A stretch of 64,000 nt of DNA from Nitrospirota bacterium (GTDB lineage Bacteria; Nitrospirota; UBA9217), in contig CAVVOB010000015.1 of NCBI GenBank assembly GCA_963749655.1, forward strand, positions 32,001 to 96,000, read 5' to 3'. Every line of letters starts with the position of its first letter. Position 1 is the stretch's first letter. A program made the translations under genes and the position numbers. The notes under the pieces are model-generated. The model ran no database searches, was not told where the DNA came from, and saw nothing but the letters and a program-made list of their open reading frames with translations. Of the stretch, positions 10,742 to 21,028 are shown piece by piece.

Positions 10742-12571
10742 ATGTGCGGCATCGTCGGCTACGTGGGTAAGACCGGATCGCTCCAGGTGATTCTGGAAAG
10801 CCTCAAGAGACTGGAATACCGGGGATACGACTCGGCCGGTATTGCATTTCAGAATGGACACGGTCTCGAGATCTACAAGACGAGAGGAAAGCTGAAGGAC
10901 CTCCAGAAAATCCTTCCCGATCTTACTCGGGAGGTCCGGATCGGCATCGGCCATACGCGATGGGCCACGCACGGTGCGCCTTCCCTCAAGAACGCCCATC
11001 CGCACGTCGTCGATGGAATCGCCGTTGTGCACAACGGCATTATCGAAAATTACCGTGAGCTGAAGTCCGAACTTGAGCAGGAAGGCCGCCGGTTTCTTTC
11101 TGAAACCGACACCGAAGTCGTGCCTCAATTGATCGCGAAATACGTAACAGACGGGTATTCGATCAGGGATGCCATCCGGGAAGCTGCGGCGAAACTGCGC
11201 GGGACCTTTGCCCTGGGCATCATGAGCGCAAAGCATCCCCGCCTGCTCTTTGCGCTCAGAAGAGGCAGCCCCCTCGTCGTCGGCGTCGGCACGGACACGT
11301 ATTACTTTGCTTCGGATATTCCGGCCCTCCTTCCGTATACCCGGAAGTTCATCTTCCTGGAGGACGGCCAGATCTGCACCCTCAGCGATGATTCAATGGC
11401 ATTTCATCTCCTCGACTCCGATGCGGCAGTTCCCTGCCGGAGCGCAGCCGTGGACATCGACTGGTCGCCCGCCATGGCAGAAAAAGCGGGACATCCTCAT
11501 TTCATGCATAAGGAAATCTACGAACAGCCCGCTGCCGTCAGGGCCACGCTCGGTGAGCGGTTGGCTGATCCCCGGGGATTTCTCCTGAACTTGGGGATCC
11601 GGCATCAGCGAAAAACGGACCTTGCCCGACTGCACATTGTTTCCTGCGGAACGTCCTATCATGCCGGTCTCATCGGGAAGTATCTGATCGAACGGCTTTC
11701 CCGGATCCCCGTCAGCGTCGAGTTCGCATCGGAATACCGCTACCGGGACCCCGTCATCGGTGAGGGTACCCAATTCATCGCCATCACGCAGTCCGGCGAA
11801 ACAGCCGACACCCTTGCCGCCCAGCGCGAGGCAAAACAAAAGGGCGCGCGCATTTTGACGATCTGCAATGTCGTCGGCAGCACATCGACCCGGGAGGCCG
11901 ACGCGGTCCTCTATACGCGAGGCGGCCCCGAGATCGGCGTGGCCTCGACCAAGACCTTCACCACGCAGCTGGCTGCATTGTCGCTGATCGCTCTCGGCCT
12001 CGGCTACGGACGCAACTGCCTGGACCAGGAAGCACTGCACGCCTTGCAAAACAGCCTTGCGGCCATTCCCGACCTTATTGAAAAGACGCTGAAGCTCGAC
12101 GACAAGATCGCAGCGCTGGCCCGGATTCTGGCGCCGGCCCGTGATTTTCTCTATCTGGGCCGCGGCATCAATTATCCCATCGCGCTCGAGGGCGCGCTGA
12201 AACTCAAGGAGATATCATACATTCATGCCGAAGGGCATCCCGCCGGCGAGATGAAACATGGCCCCATCGCGCTCATAGAACAGGGACTTCCCGTGGTGGT
12301 CGTTGCCCACTCGAACGATCTCTTTGACAAGCTCTATTCTAATGTCGAAGAGGTCAAAGCACGGAACGGACGGATCATTGCAATAACGGACGCGCCGGAA
12401 GCTTTTGCGGGAAAAGCTGACGATATCATCGAAGTGCCGTCCGCGCATCCGCTTTTTGCTCCTTTCCTGTTTGCCGTTCCGCTTCAGCTCCTCGCCTATC
12501 ACATCGGGGTCCAGCGCGGGTGCGATGTCGACCAGCCGAGAAATCTTGCAAAAAGCGTGACCGTGGAATAG
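10742..12571 (+). CDS. glmS: Glutamine--fructose-6-phosphate transaminase (isomerizing)
   Basis: MCGIVG, LEYRGYDSAG, GHTRWATHG, SQ/TQSGETADT, EMKHGPIAL, PRNLAKSVTVE. Confidence 0.98.
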   Translation: MCGIVGYVGKTGSLQVILESLKRLEYRGYDSAGIAFQNGHGLEIYKTRGKLKDLQKILPDLTREVRIGIGHTRWATHGAPSLKNAHPHVVDGIAVVHNGIIENYRELKSELEQEGRRFLSETDTEVVPQLIAKYVTDGYSIRDAIREAAAKLRGTFALGIMSAKHPRLLFALRRGSPLVVGVGTDTYYFASDIPALLPYTRKFIFLEDGQICTLSDDSMAFHLLDSDAAVPCRSAAVDIDWSPAMAEKAGHPHFMHKEIYEQPAAVRATLGERLADPRGFLLNLGIRHQRKTDLARLHIVSCGTSYHAGLIGKYLIERLSRIPVSVEFASEYRYRDPVIGEGTQFIAITQSGETADTLAAQREAKQKGARILTICNVVGSTSTREADAVLYTRGGPEIGVASTKTFTTQLAALSLIALGLGYGRNCLDQEALHALQNSLAAIPDLIEKTLKLDDKIAALARILAPARDFLYLGRGINYPIALEGALKLKEISYIHAEGHPAGEMKHGPIALIEQGLPVVVVAHSNDLFDKLYSNVEEVKARNGRIIAITDAPEAFAGKADDIIEVPSAHPLFAPFLFAVPLQLLAYHIGVQRGCDVDQPRNLAKSVTVE

Positions 12572-12592
12572 AGCGGCCTGAGAGGGGGACCT

Positions 12593-12811
12593 ATGGACGG
12601 GATGTGGTTCAAACGGTGTCCTCAATGTAACAACTACATGCGGAAAACGGATCCGACGGAATCCTGCATGTGCTGCGCCTGTGGATGGGAGGAATATACT
12701 TCCGCGTTCTACTGCGAAGTAATCCACAACTACTGCACCAGTACGCACGCTGCCGCCGGAGGAAGAGCCATTCCTTCTTTTCCTGAAGGAATGTCAGCGG
12801 TCCGTTCCTGA
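12593..12811 (+). CDS. Small Cys-rich putative metal-binding protein
   Basis: GAGGGGG RBS; CPQC...CMCCACG...YC..HNYC. Confidence 0.45.
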   Translation: MDGMWFKRCPQCNNYMRKTDPTESCMCCACGWEEYTSAFYCEVIHNYCTSTHAAAGGRAIPSFPEGMSAVRS

Positions 12812-12943
12812 GAAGGTACTATCGGCGTCAAAGAATCCAAGGGCGGGCGCAGGACGCTGCGACGCCGCGATTCTGAAAGCAGGGTCATCCCCTTTTCTGA
12901 GGTTGCGGAACGTTTCGTCCTCACCGGGCCTCAAAGCCGTTGG

Positions 12944-15013
12944 ATGCATCATGATCGGAGCAGGACAAGGAAAGACGACGGAGGGTTTGTGTTGAACGAA
13001 ATGAAAGGCGACCGCCTGCCGGACCTCTTCAGGACCGCCACGCTGCAGGACTATTTCGCCACCTTGTCCGAAAGTCTCGGCTTCCATCTGAGCGTCTACT
13101 CTTCGAAGGGAGAGCGGATATTCGTCCCCCGGGGCAAGTATCACCTGTGCCAGCGGCTCCGCGACACAGCCCCGGGATTCCCGGACCACTGCGACAGCTA
13201 CTGCCGCCCGTTCCTGATGAAGACGCTCGCCACGGGCAAACCTGACGTGTTCACCTGTTACACAAAGATCGTGAGCTTCGCCCTTCCCATAGAATATCTC
13301 GACGAAAAGGCCGTGATCCTGGGACAGGGTTCCTTTGCCACGCAGCAGGACTATCATGACGGCATGAAAATAGCGATGGACGCAGGTCTCGACGCAGTGC
13401 AGACCGAGCCATACGTTTATACCACGCTCGCCAAAGCCTGGGACGTCTGCGGTTTTGTCGATGAATCCATCCGGACGGTCCTGAAAAGCTGCCGGGAGGC
13501 TTCCGCTCTGAGAAAAGAATTCGACACCATGAAGCGGGCCATCGGTTCATGGAGCACCGCGGCCGGAGAACGTCCGGAAACGCTTTATCGGCAGCTGGTT
13601 CAGGACCTTTCCACCCTGATCCACAGCGACGGCATCGCCGTATTCATGCTGGACAGGAAACAGGGCAGGTTCACGGCACTGTCCGATCATGCAAAAGGCA
13701 ACGGGACGTCGGGTGATATCAGCATCAGTGAAGACGGTGAGATCGCCCAGAGTTTGAGCTCCGGGAAGCCTTTCGTGTTCTCGCTGGGCCCCCTGCCGCT
13801 GCCGGACGCAAACCGCCAGGAACGCCAGGGAGGTCTCTATTTCTTCCCGGTCATCGCAAACAACAGGCTGGAAGGCATCCTGTGCATCGCCGCCCGGGAC
13901 CTGGCAGAAACGGAAACTCAGATCATCACGGTCTTCTGCCGCAAGACCGCTCTTTCCATGGAGAACCAGCGTCTGCACCAGGAGCTCTATCGCAAATTCG
14001 AACGGTTCGCCGCCATAGCGGACGTCACGAAGTCCATAACGCAGATCACGGATTTCAGCACGCTGCTCCGGACCATCCTCGATGAGTCGGCCAGTCTGCT
14101 CAAGGCCGAGCAGGGCTCCTTGATGCTCATTGACCGCGAGACCGACGATCTTCTCCTTTCGGCAAAGAAAGGCATCGTCGACGGGGTAACGGACAAACTC
14201 CGGATCATTCGGGGCGAAGGCATTGCGGGCAGGGTGGCGGAATACGGCGAGGCCATCCTGGTCGAGGACGTGGAGAACGACCCCCGGACCAGGCAGAAGA
14301 ACAGGAGCCACTACAAGACCCGTTCGTTCGTAAGCGTGCCGATCAAGATCGAGGACCAGATCATCGGCGTGCTCAATCTTTCCGACAAGACATCGGGAGA
14401 AGCGTTCGATGAGGAGGACCTGAAACTCATCCAGTCCTTCACGACCCATGCAGCTGTTGTCATGGACCGGAACATCTTTCAGAACAAGACCGAGGTGCTC
14501 GAGAAGCTGTCCATTACCGATCCTCTGACCGGCCTCATGAACCGGCGTTATCTCAACGAACGTTTGAAGCGCGAGCTGGCCAGGGCTGAACGCCATGGGC
14601 ACCATCTGAGCCTGCTGATGGTAGACATAGACGGATTCAAACAGTGCAACGACACCTTCGGCCATCCCTTCGGGGACACCGTGCTCAGGAACGTGGCCGA
14701 CATCCTCACCAACACCGTCCGCACCATGGATATCGTCGCGCGCTGCGGCGGCGACGAGTTCATTGTGATCCTGCCCGAGACCGCCGAGCCCGTAGCCGTC
14801 GATATTGCTACCCGATTACTGCACAGCCTGGAGAAGAGCATCGAGGTCGCGGCGGGAGTGGCCGAAGGCAGTCACTATACGCTCACGGCCAGCATCGGCG
14901 TGGCCTGCTATCCCCAGGATGGGGAGTCCATGGAGATCCTTCATGAGCATGTCGACCAGGCGCTCTACCGGGCGAAGAACAAGGGAAAAAACCGGGTGGA
15001 AGTGTTTCGGTAA
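12944..15013 (+). CDS. Diguanylate cyclase with PocR and two GAF sensor domains
   Basis: Cys-containing PocR-like N-terminus, GEGIAGRVAE and FDEEDLKL GAF motifs, TDPLTGL, RxxD I-site (RTMD) and intact GGDEF. Confidence 0.92.
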   Translation: MHHDRSRTRKDDGGFVLNEMKGDRLPDLFRTATLQDYFATLSESLGFHLSVYSSKGERIFVPRGKYHLCQRLRDTAPGFPDHCDSYCRPFLMKTLATGKPDVFTCYTKIVSFALPIEYLDEKAVILGQGSFATQQDYHDGMKIAMDAGLDAVQTEPYVYTTLAKAWDVCGFVDESIRTVLKSCREASALRKEFDTMKRAIGSWSTAAGERPETLYRQLVQDLSTLIHSDGIAVFMLDRKQGRFTALSDHAKGNGTSGDISISEDGEIAQSLSSGKPFVFSLGPLPLPDANRQERQGGLYFFPVIANNRLEGILCIAARDLAETETQIITVFCRKTALSMENQRLHQELYRKFERFAAIADVTKSITQITDFSTLLRTILDESASLLKAEQGSLMLIDRETDDLLLSAKKGIVDGVTDKLRIIRGEGIAGRVAEYGEAILVEDVENDPRTRQKNRSHYKTRSFVSVPIKIEDQIIGVLNLSDKTSGEAFDEEDLKLIQSFTTHAAVVMDRNIFQNKTEVLEKLSITDPLTGLMNRRYLNERLKRELARAERHGHHLSLLMVDIDGFKQCNDTFGHPFGDTVLRNVADILTNTVRTMDIVARCGGDEFIVILPETAEPVAVDIATRLLHSLEKSIEVAAGVAEGSHYTLTASIGVACYPQDGESMEILHEHVDQALYRAKNKGKNRVEVFR

Positions 15014-15077
15014 GGAATGAACCGCGGCGGAAAAAAAGGAGTGATTACGTTACGCAATCAAACGGCAACTTGCTCAT

Positions 15078-16460
15078 CTAGGCCTTTCTCATATAGTGGC
15101 AGTAAGGGCACCGCCAGGTTCTCGCCTCCTGGGCCCAATTCATCTTTTTATGGCAGACCGGGCACGGCTTCTTCTTGGTCGGAGGCTGGTGATGGGACGG
15201 TTTGGACGGATCGAAGACAGGATCTGAAACGGATGTGAATTCAGGCGCTCTCGTATGTTTGTTGTTCTCCTCGCTTTTGTCCTGAACTTCTTTGTCCTGG
15301 ACTTCGCCATTTGCCGACTCCTCGAATGCACAGACAAAGCATATCCACTTATTCTCACCACTGTAGAAGTCCATTCGTCCCCCGCACATGGAGCATTTCT
15401 TTTGAAATTCCGTGGACTGGGGCTCAATAGGCTCGGGGATTTCTATTTTCTGCTCGAAGACTCTCCGTTCTTCCTTTAATTCTTCGAATGCGCAGGAGAA
15501 GCACCTCCACTTGTTTTCACCACCGTAGAAGTCCATCCGCCCCCCGCACATGGGGCATTTCTTCTGAGAGTCCGCATACTGCGGCGCAGCAGGTTCCGGG
15601 ATTTCGATTTTCTGTTCGACGCTCCCTTGTTCGACGCTTTGCGGCTCGACGCTTCCCTTTTCCTCCTGTAATTCCTCGTGTGCACAGGAAAAACATCTCC
15701 ACATCCTCTCATTACTGTAGAAGACCATTCGGCCCCCGCACAGGGGGCATTTTTTCTGCAAGTCCGCATACTGCGGCGCAGAGGGCACGGGGCTTTCGCT
15801 CTTCGGCTCGACGCTGACCTTTTCCTGGACAGGAACATCACTTTTAACAGGCGCCCTGGGCGGAACCGGTTGAGAAGGTGCACTTTCAGCGTCGACTTCC
15901 GCAACTTTTTTATTGATATAGGTTATCTCTGCCGTAATCTCCGCGAAAAGCTGGCCCACTGCCCTCGAGACGAGGTCCACATCCTTTCCCCGTGTCGCCA
16001 TGCTGTTCAGGATCGCTTTTTCTTCGATCTCAAGCTGCCCTATCCTCTCCCGCAGTCTTGATATTTCGTCTTTTATCTCCCGCGATTTGGCTTCCATGAC
16101 CCTAAGATCATCCCGCCAGCCGGAAGAGGTGCCCATTAAGCCCTTTTCGAGTACTTTGAGCTCCGCCAGTTGATTGCTGACTGCCCTGACGATATCCTGC
16201 CGACTGAGCTTCACCGTCGTTGACAAGGCCTTGATTGCGGCATTATATCGCTGTTTTTCGTCAGGAATGATCTCCCGAAAAGATTCCACGAGTCCACGGA
16301 ATTTTCCGAATATCGTATCCTCACTATCAATCACCTTGTTTATTTCACCGCGGAGAAGGAGGATTTTGGCCTGTAGATCGTCGCCGTTCCTCGATGATGC
16401 AAAAAGGTCGGCGATTATCTGGGAAAGGATTACGTTCTGGTTTCTTTCTTCAGCGCACAT
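15078..16460 (-). CDS. Hypothetical coiled-coil protein with four C-terminal Zn-ribbon repeats
   Basis: 460-aa ORF; three near-identical KKC(P/S)xCGGRMxFYxxExxWxCFxCA(H/F)EE units plus a terminal CPVC..CPYC. Confidence 0.75.
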   Translation of the reverse strand: MCAEERNQNVILSQIIADLFASSRNGDDLQAKILLLRGEINKVIDSEDTIFGKFRGLVESFREIIPDEKQRYNAAIKALSTTVKLSRQDIVRAVSNQLAELKVLEKGLMGTSSGWRDDLRVMEAKSREIKDEISRLRERIGQLEIEEKAILNSMATRGKDVDLVSRAVGQLFAEITAEITYINKKVAEVDAESAPSQPVPPRAPVKSDVPVQEKVSVEPKSESPVPSAPQYADLQKKCPLCGGRMVFYSNERMWRCFSCAHEELQEEKGSVEPQSVEQGSVEQKIEIPEPAAPQYADSQKKCPMCGGRMDFYGGENKWRCFSCAFEELKEERRVFEQKIEIPEPIEPQSTEFQKKCSMCGGRMDFYSGENKWICFVCAFEESANGEVQDKEVQDKSEENNKHTRAPEFTSVSDPVFDPSKPSHHQPPTKKKPCPVCHKKMNWAQEARTWRCPYCHYMRKA

Positions 16461-17428
16461 TCATCTTCTCGCTTTAAAGCCTGATTTGATAATCCTCATT
16501 GGATCTTGAGGAATATGATAACATGGGATCCGGGTACGGTCAATGGTATAAGAAAAGGTCCTCTCTCTGCAAATCAGCTGCAAGTCCTGACAATTTGAAG
16601 CAGCCTAACCTTGCTCGCTCTGCCTTGTTCCAATCGGACTCACGGGATTATAAAATCGTACTTCTTCGTCAACTCTCTCTATCCATCGGCCCGCTTTCCG
16701 GGGACATGGCTAGGAAAAGGATTACCGATTTTTTCGGTTCTTCATTCTGCTTCTCATAGCATGAAAATACCACGTGATCAGCCCGATGTCCTTAAGTAAA
16801 AATTCGGCATGAAGTTTACAGCAATGCCAAATGCGATCGTTTGGCTTGAACGCTTCTGCCTCGTGTCGATTGGAAGGAAACCCTCCGGGAAAAACCAGAC
16901 TGCGGAATACGGAATGAACGCTGATCTGCTTCATGCAGGTCGATTATATTAGTTTGCAGCTTATTGTCAAGCAGCGTGTTTATACCCATCACGCAGGAAA
17001 CCAAATCGGAATGCAACCCGGGGATATCCCAGGCAAATGCAATTACAACAGCTTCAAGAAGTTGCAGCAATCGGCACTGCATTCATTTATACACGGTCTC
17101 TGTTAAAAACCTGTGGTTAACTCTGTGGGTAATAACCTATTGAATGCGGTTACAGTACCAATCATGAAAATTGCACAACATTTAGACAGCATTTCAATTT
17201 AATTTTCTGATTAATAAACTCAATAAGTTAGCCGCTGATGCAGAAACACGCGATTGTGCCTCTTAAGGTCTCCGAATGAAAAATTCAGCATGAACCATGA
17301 AGAAGTCTTACTGAAAAAAAACTTCAACCGATACAAGAAGTATTGCTGGTAAACGCATGATAATGGAAGTGGGATGCATTTCTCAATGACCATAAACCGC
17401 AGGATCCTGCTGCAAGCTAGAGCAACAT

Positions 17429-17469
17429 AAAAAAAAACAAAAAAGGCTGATAGATTCTCGTATCAGCCT
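17429..17469 (-). terminator. Rho-independent terminator after tRNA-Arg
   Basis: AGGCTGATA/TATCAGCCT stem followed on the minus strand by a long T tract. Confidence 0.75.
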
Positions 17470-17486
17470 CGAACTCTTTGATTTTA

Positions 17487-17563
17487 TGGTGCCCCTGGGG
17501 TGATTCGAACACCCGGCACGCGGTTTAGGAAACCGCTGCTCTATCCACCTGAGCTACAGGGGC
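17487..17563 (-). tRNA. tRNA-Arg(CCT)
   Basis: GCCCCTG acceptor stem, TAGCTCAG D arm, GCGGT-TTCCTAA-ACCGC anticodon arm, GTTCGAATC T loop, encoded CCA. Confidence 0.97.
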
Positions 17564-17726
17564 GTTGTAAATGCGGAATGTGGAATTCGGAATGCGGAAT
17601 TAGTGTCTGTAGGAAGTCGGTCCGGGAAAAATATGCTCCATAAAATTTTGAATTTCGGATTTGACTGCAGGAAAAACAAACAACAATAATTTCAGCACCT
17701 CAATTCGCAATCCGCAACTTAAAATT

Positions 17727-18696
17727 TTACAACATTCCTTCCAGATCGATCTTTTTCCGCTTCGTAATGGCCCGGAGCTTGTTGAGCGCCTGGGTCTCGA
17801 TCTGGCGGACGCGTTCGCGGGTGATGCCGAATTCCTTGCCGATGCTGTCCAGCGTCTTGGGCTCGCCGTCGGTCAAGCCCGAACCGCAGCTCGATGACCT
17901 TCCGCTCGCTGACCGAGAGCTGCTGGAGCCACTCGTCGATATGTTCGCGCCTGCGGATCTCGTCGGAGAAGCTGGCCGGCGACAGGGCATTGCTGTCCTG
18001 GAGGATGTCCTTGAGCGTGTCCTCTTCCTGGTCGCCGATGAGCATGTCGAGGGAGTAGGTCTCCCGCACGACCTGCGAGATGCTCCTCACCTTCTCCACG
18101 GTGACCTTCATCTTCTTGGCGATTTCCTCGATCTGCGGGTCGCGGCCGAGCGCCTGGGTGAGCTGGCGTGTCGCGCGCATGTAGGAATTGACGATCTCGG
18201 CGATGTGCACGGGCAGGCGGATGATGCGCGTCTGGTTGACGATCGCCCGTTCGATGGCCTGCTTGATCCACCACGACGCATAGGTGCTGAACTTGAACCC
18301 GCGCTGGTACTGGAACTTCTCCACTGCGCGGATCAGGCCGAGGTTGCCCTCTTCGATGACGTCGGAGAACTGAAGACCGCGGTTGATGTACTTTTTTCCG
18401 ATGGCGACGACGAGGCGCAGGTTCGCTTCGATCATCTTGGCGCGGGCTTCCTGGTCGCCCTGCTCGATCCGTTTGGCGAGTTCCTGTTCCTGCTCGAAGG
18501 TAAGAAGGGGGGTCTTCCGGATTTCCTTGAGGTAATACTTGATGGCATCGAGGCCCCTCTGGCCCGCGCCGCTGTCCGCTACGGATTCAGAGGATTCCCC
18601 GGTGGTTTCGGCCCTGCGCTCTTCCTTTTCTTCGCTTTCGTCTCCATAGGGCTCAGCGCCCATCAGATCATCAACGGACCGTTCGCGCTCACTCAT
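17727..18696 (-). CDS. Group 2 sigma-70 factor (RpoS-like); frameshift in region 4
   Basis: [43 protein letters not shown]; no region 1.1; C-terminus [10 protein letters not shown] in 17727..17990. Confidence 0.9.
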
Positions 18697-18893
18697 GGCC
18701 ACCTCGTGAAACGTCAACGTGAGGTCGCATAAAAGCCCCGATCCTGTGATCCTTCAGGATTGCGATTCTTGTTTTATCCGTATGTCCAAACCGGTTGACT
18801 ACCGTAATAACCTGCCCTCCCCTGCCCCGGCTCTCGATGATTGCTAATGAGCTGTTTACCATACCGGCGTGTTTCAGATGCGAGGGAAAATAA

Positions 18894-18971
<78 letters not shown>

Positions 18972-19007
18972 CGAGTCCTCATACTATACTAAAACTTTCA
19001 CTTCCTG

Positions 19008-20099
19008 TCAACGGACATTCTTCCGTTTCGCAGCCGCGATAAAGTTGTCGAAGGCCTCCTGATAGTAGTCCTTTTTCTTTTTAATGACGGCAGGTACGCG
19101 CTTTTCGTACAGCTCCCGGCCTTCATCGATATCGGCCTTGAGCAGCTCGAAAAAGGTCCCGTTTTTGATACCTTCGATCACCGTTTCCTGGTTGTAGAGC
19201 GCCACGTCGGAAACGATGATGCGGGCGAAGCGGCGCGCCTTTTCCACGGCATCGGGGTCCGCTTCGTCGACGCGCGGTATGTCGCATTCCTCTTTCTGGA
19301 AGATCGAGCCGTCCAGACTGATGGATTCCGGCATGACCGCCGTGCTTTCTGCCGGCTCGGGTGCAGCCGCGCGCTGGGCCGCGCCGCGTTGGGGGCGCGG
19401 TCCCGCTGCTTCACGCTCCGGGGCGGGGGCCGGCGCATCGTGGCTGAGCAGCGATGACTCGAATTCGCGGGCCGGCGGCCGGGACATCTCGGGCAAGTCG
19501 GGCTGGAACAGATCCTTGGCTTTCGGAGCCGGCTCGACGTGCGATTCGGGAGAAATGAGCCTGCGCAGCTTGACCGTCAGATAGTCCGGGATATGATGTT
19601 TTTCGATGTAATCGTCGGCGCCGTATAGACTTGCGGGCGTCCTCTTGTAGCGCCGTGAATCGTAGACGGATGAAAGAAGGATGATCTTGACTCCTTTGGT
19701 CTGAGGATCGTTCTTCAATCGTTCGCAGAGCTCGAATCCGTATATTCCCGGCAGGCCGACGTCGACCACAATCGCCTGGGGTTTGCGTTCTGTCGCGATT
19801 TTCAAGGCTGTGACGCCGTCGGCGGCTTCCGCCACGTCAAAGCCCGCTTCGAACAGGACACTGGTAACCATGTTCCTGACAACCTCGCTGTCATGGGCGA
19901 TCAGGACAAGGTGGGCGGGCTTGCCCTTGACCGAAGGCGCGGGTTTTGGTGCAGCGGGCGCAGGCGCCGGGGTCGGGATCGGCGCGCTGGGCAGGGGCAG
20001 CACATTGCCGCAACGGGGACAGCGCACCTTTACCCGTTTGCCCGCGAGCTTGGCTTCATCGATCTTGAGTTTTGCGCCGCATTCACACGAAAGAATCAT
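19008..20099 (-). CDS. Response regulator with N-terminal MJ0042-type Zn finger, Pro-rich linker and helical C-terminal domain
   Basis: CECG..KVRCPRC; receiver VVDVGLPG..DDYIEK; C-terminal ARRFARIIVSDVALYN. Confidence 0.82.
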   Translation of the reverse strand: MILSCECGAKLKIDEAKLAGKRVKVRCPRCGNVLPLPSAPIPTPAPAPAAPKPAPSVKGKPAHLVLIAHDSEVVRNMVTSVLFEAGFDVAEAADGVTALKIATERKPQAIVVDVGLPGIYGFELCERLKNDPQTKGVKIILLSSVYDSRRYKRTPASLYGADDYIEKHHIPDYLTVKLRRLISPESHVEPAPKAKDLFQPDLPEMSRPPAREFESSLLSHDAPAPAPEREAAGPRPQRGAAQRAAAPEPAESTAVMPESISLDGSIFQKEECDIPRVDEADPDAVEKARRFARIIVSDVALYNQETVIEGIKNGTFFELLKADIDEGRELYEKRVPAVIKKKKDYYQEAFDNFIAAAKRKNVR

Positions 20100-20797
20100 A
20101 GATTGGTCGAACTCCTCCCTCCCCCGAAGGGAACGGTCCTGCGTTTAAATATCCCCACCAGTATGAGGCCGGCTACAAACCCGCCCACATGAGCGGCCCA
20201 CGCCACGCCGCCCTGGGACCCGCTTTCCACAAGTGCGTTCAGGAACTGAAGCACGAACCAGAACCCCAGCACGAACATGGCGGGGATCGGAACGGTCCGG
20301 ATGTAAAATCCGAACCAGATCAGCGTAACGACCCTCGCCCGGGGATACAGAAGCAAGATAGGCGCCGAGCACGCCGGAAATCGCGCCGCTCGCCCCGATC
20401 ATGGGAATGAGCGACGTCCGGTTCAGGAAAGCATGAGACATATGCCGCGGCCAGACCGCAGAGCACGTAGAATACGATGAACCGCAGCCTGCCCATGGCG
20501 TCTTCAATGTTGTTTCCGAATATCCACAGGTAAAGCATGTTGCCGGCGATATGAAGGATCCCGCCGTGCAGGAACATGGACGTGATCATCGTTATTGCCG
20601 GGGGAAGCGGTCCCGCAGACATGGCGACCGGCAGCGAAAAGCTTCGCGGGAACCAGCGCAAATGCCGCGACAAACCGGTCCCCGCCTGCCTGTCCCAGGC
20701 TCATCTCATATCCGAAAACCGCGACGTTCAGAGCGATAAGCGCCAGCGTGACTATCGGGAAGCGTTCTGTCGGATTGATGTCTCTTAAAGGGATCAC
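20096..20797 (-). CDS. Rhomboid intramembrane serine protease; several frameshifts
   Basis: Joined fragments give MIPLRD, SMFLHGG..HIAGNMLYLWIFGNNIED, GASGAISG, AHVGGF. Confidence 0.88.
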
Positions 20798-21028
20798 GCC
20801 TTGTCTCCCGGTACTTCCGCATTCCTGCTCCCTCACCGGCGCCTATCGGGTGCTCAGCACCGAATTATCCGGGGAGAAACCAAAGCGCTGCATCTGTCTT
20901 TCGGGCAGCGCTCTCAAGATACAAGAAAAAGCAGGATTTGTCAATAAAATGAAGGACTCGGAGGGCCTTTTCAGCGCCGCCGAGAAACAGCGGAGGGAGC
21001 TGCAGCGCAGTACTATTTCCCGTTTTTT

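Noticed and set aside
15078-15170. CPVCH and CPYCH look like heme-binding CxxCH motifs
   Set aside because: The protein has no signal peptide and the motifs pair up like the other three CxxC..CxxC Zn fingers
16460-17487. tRNA-Arg-anchored integrative element
   Set aside because: No integrase and no duplicated tRNA 3' end found in the window; only lower GC supports it
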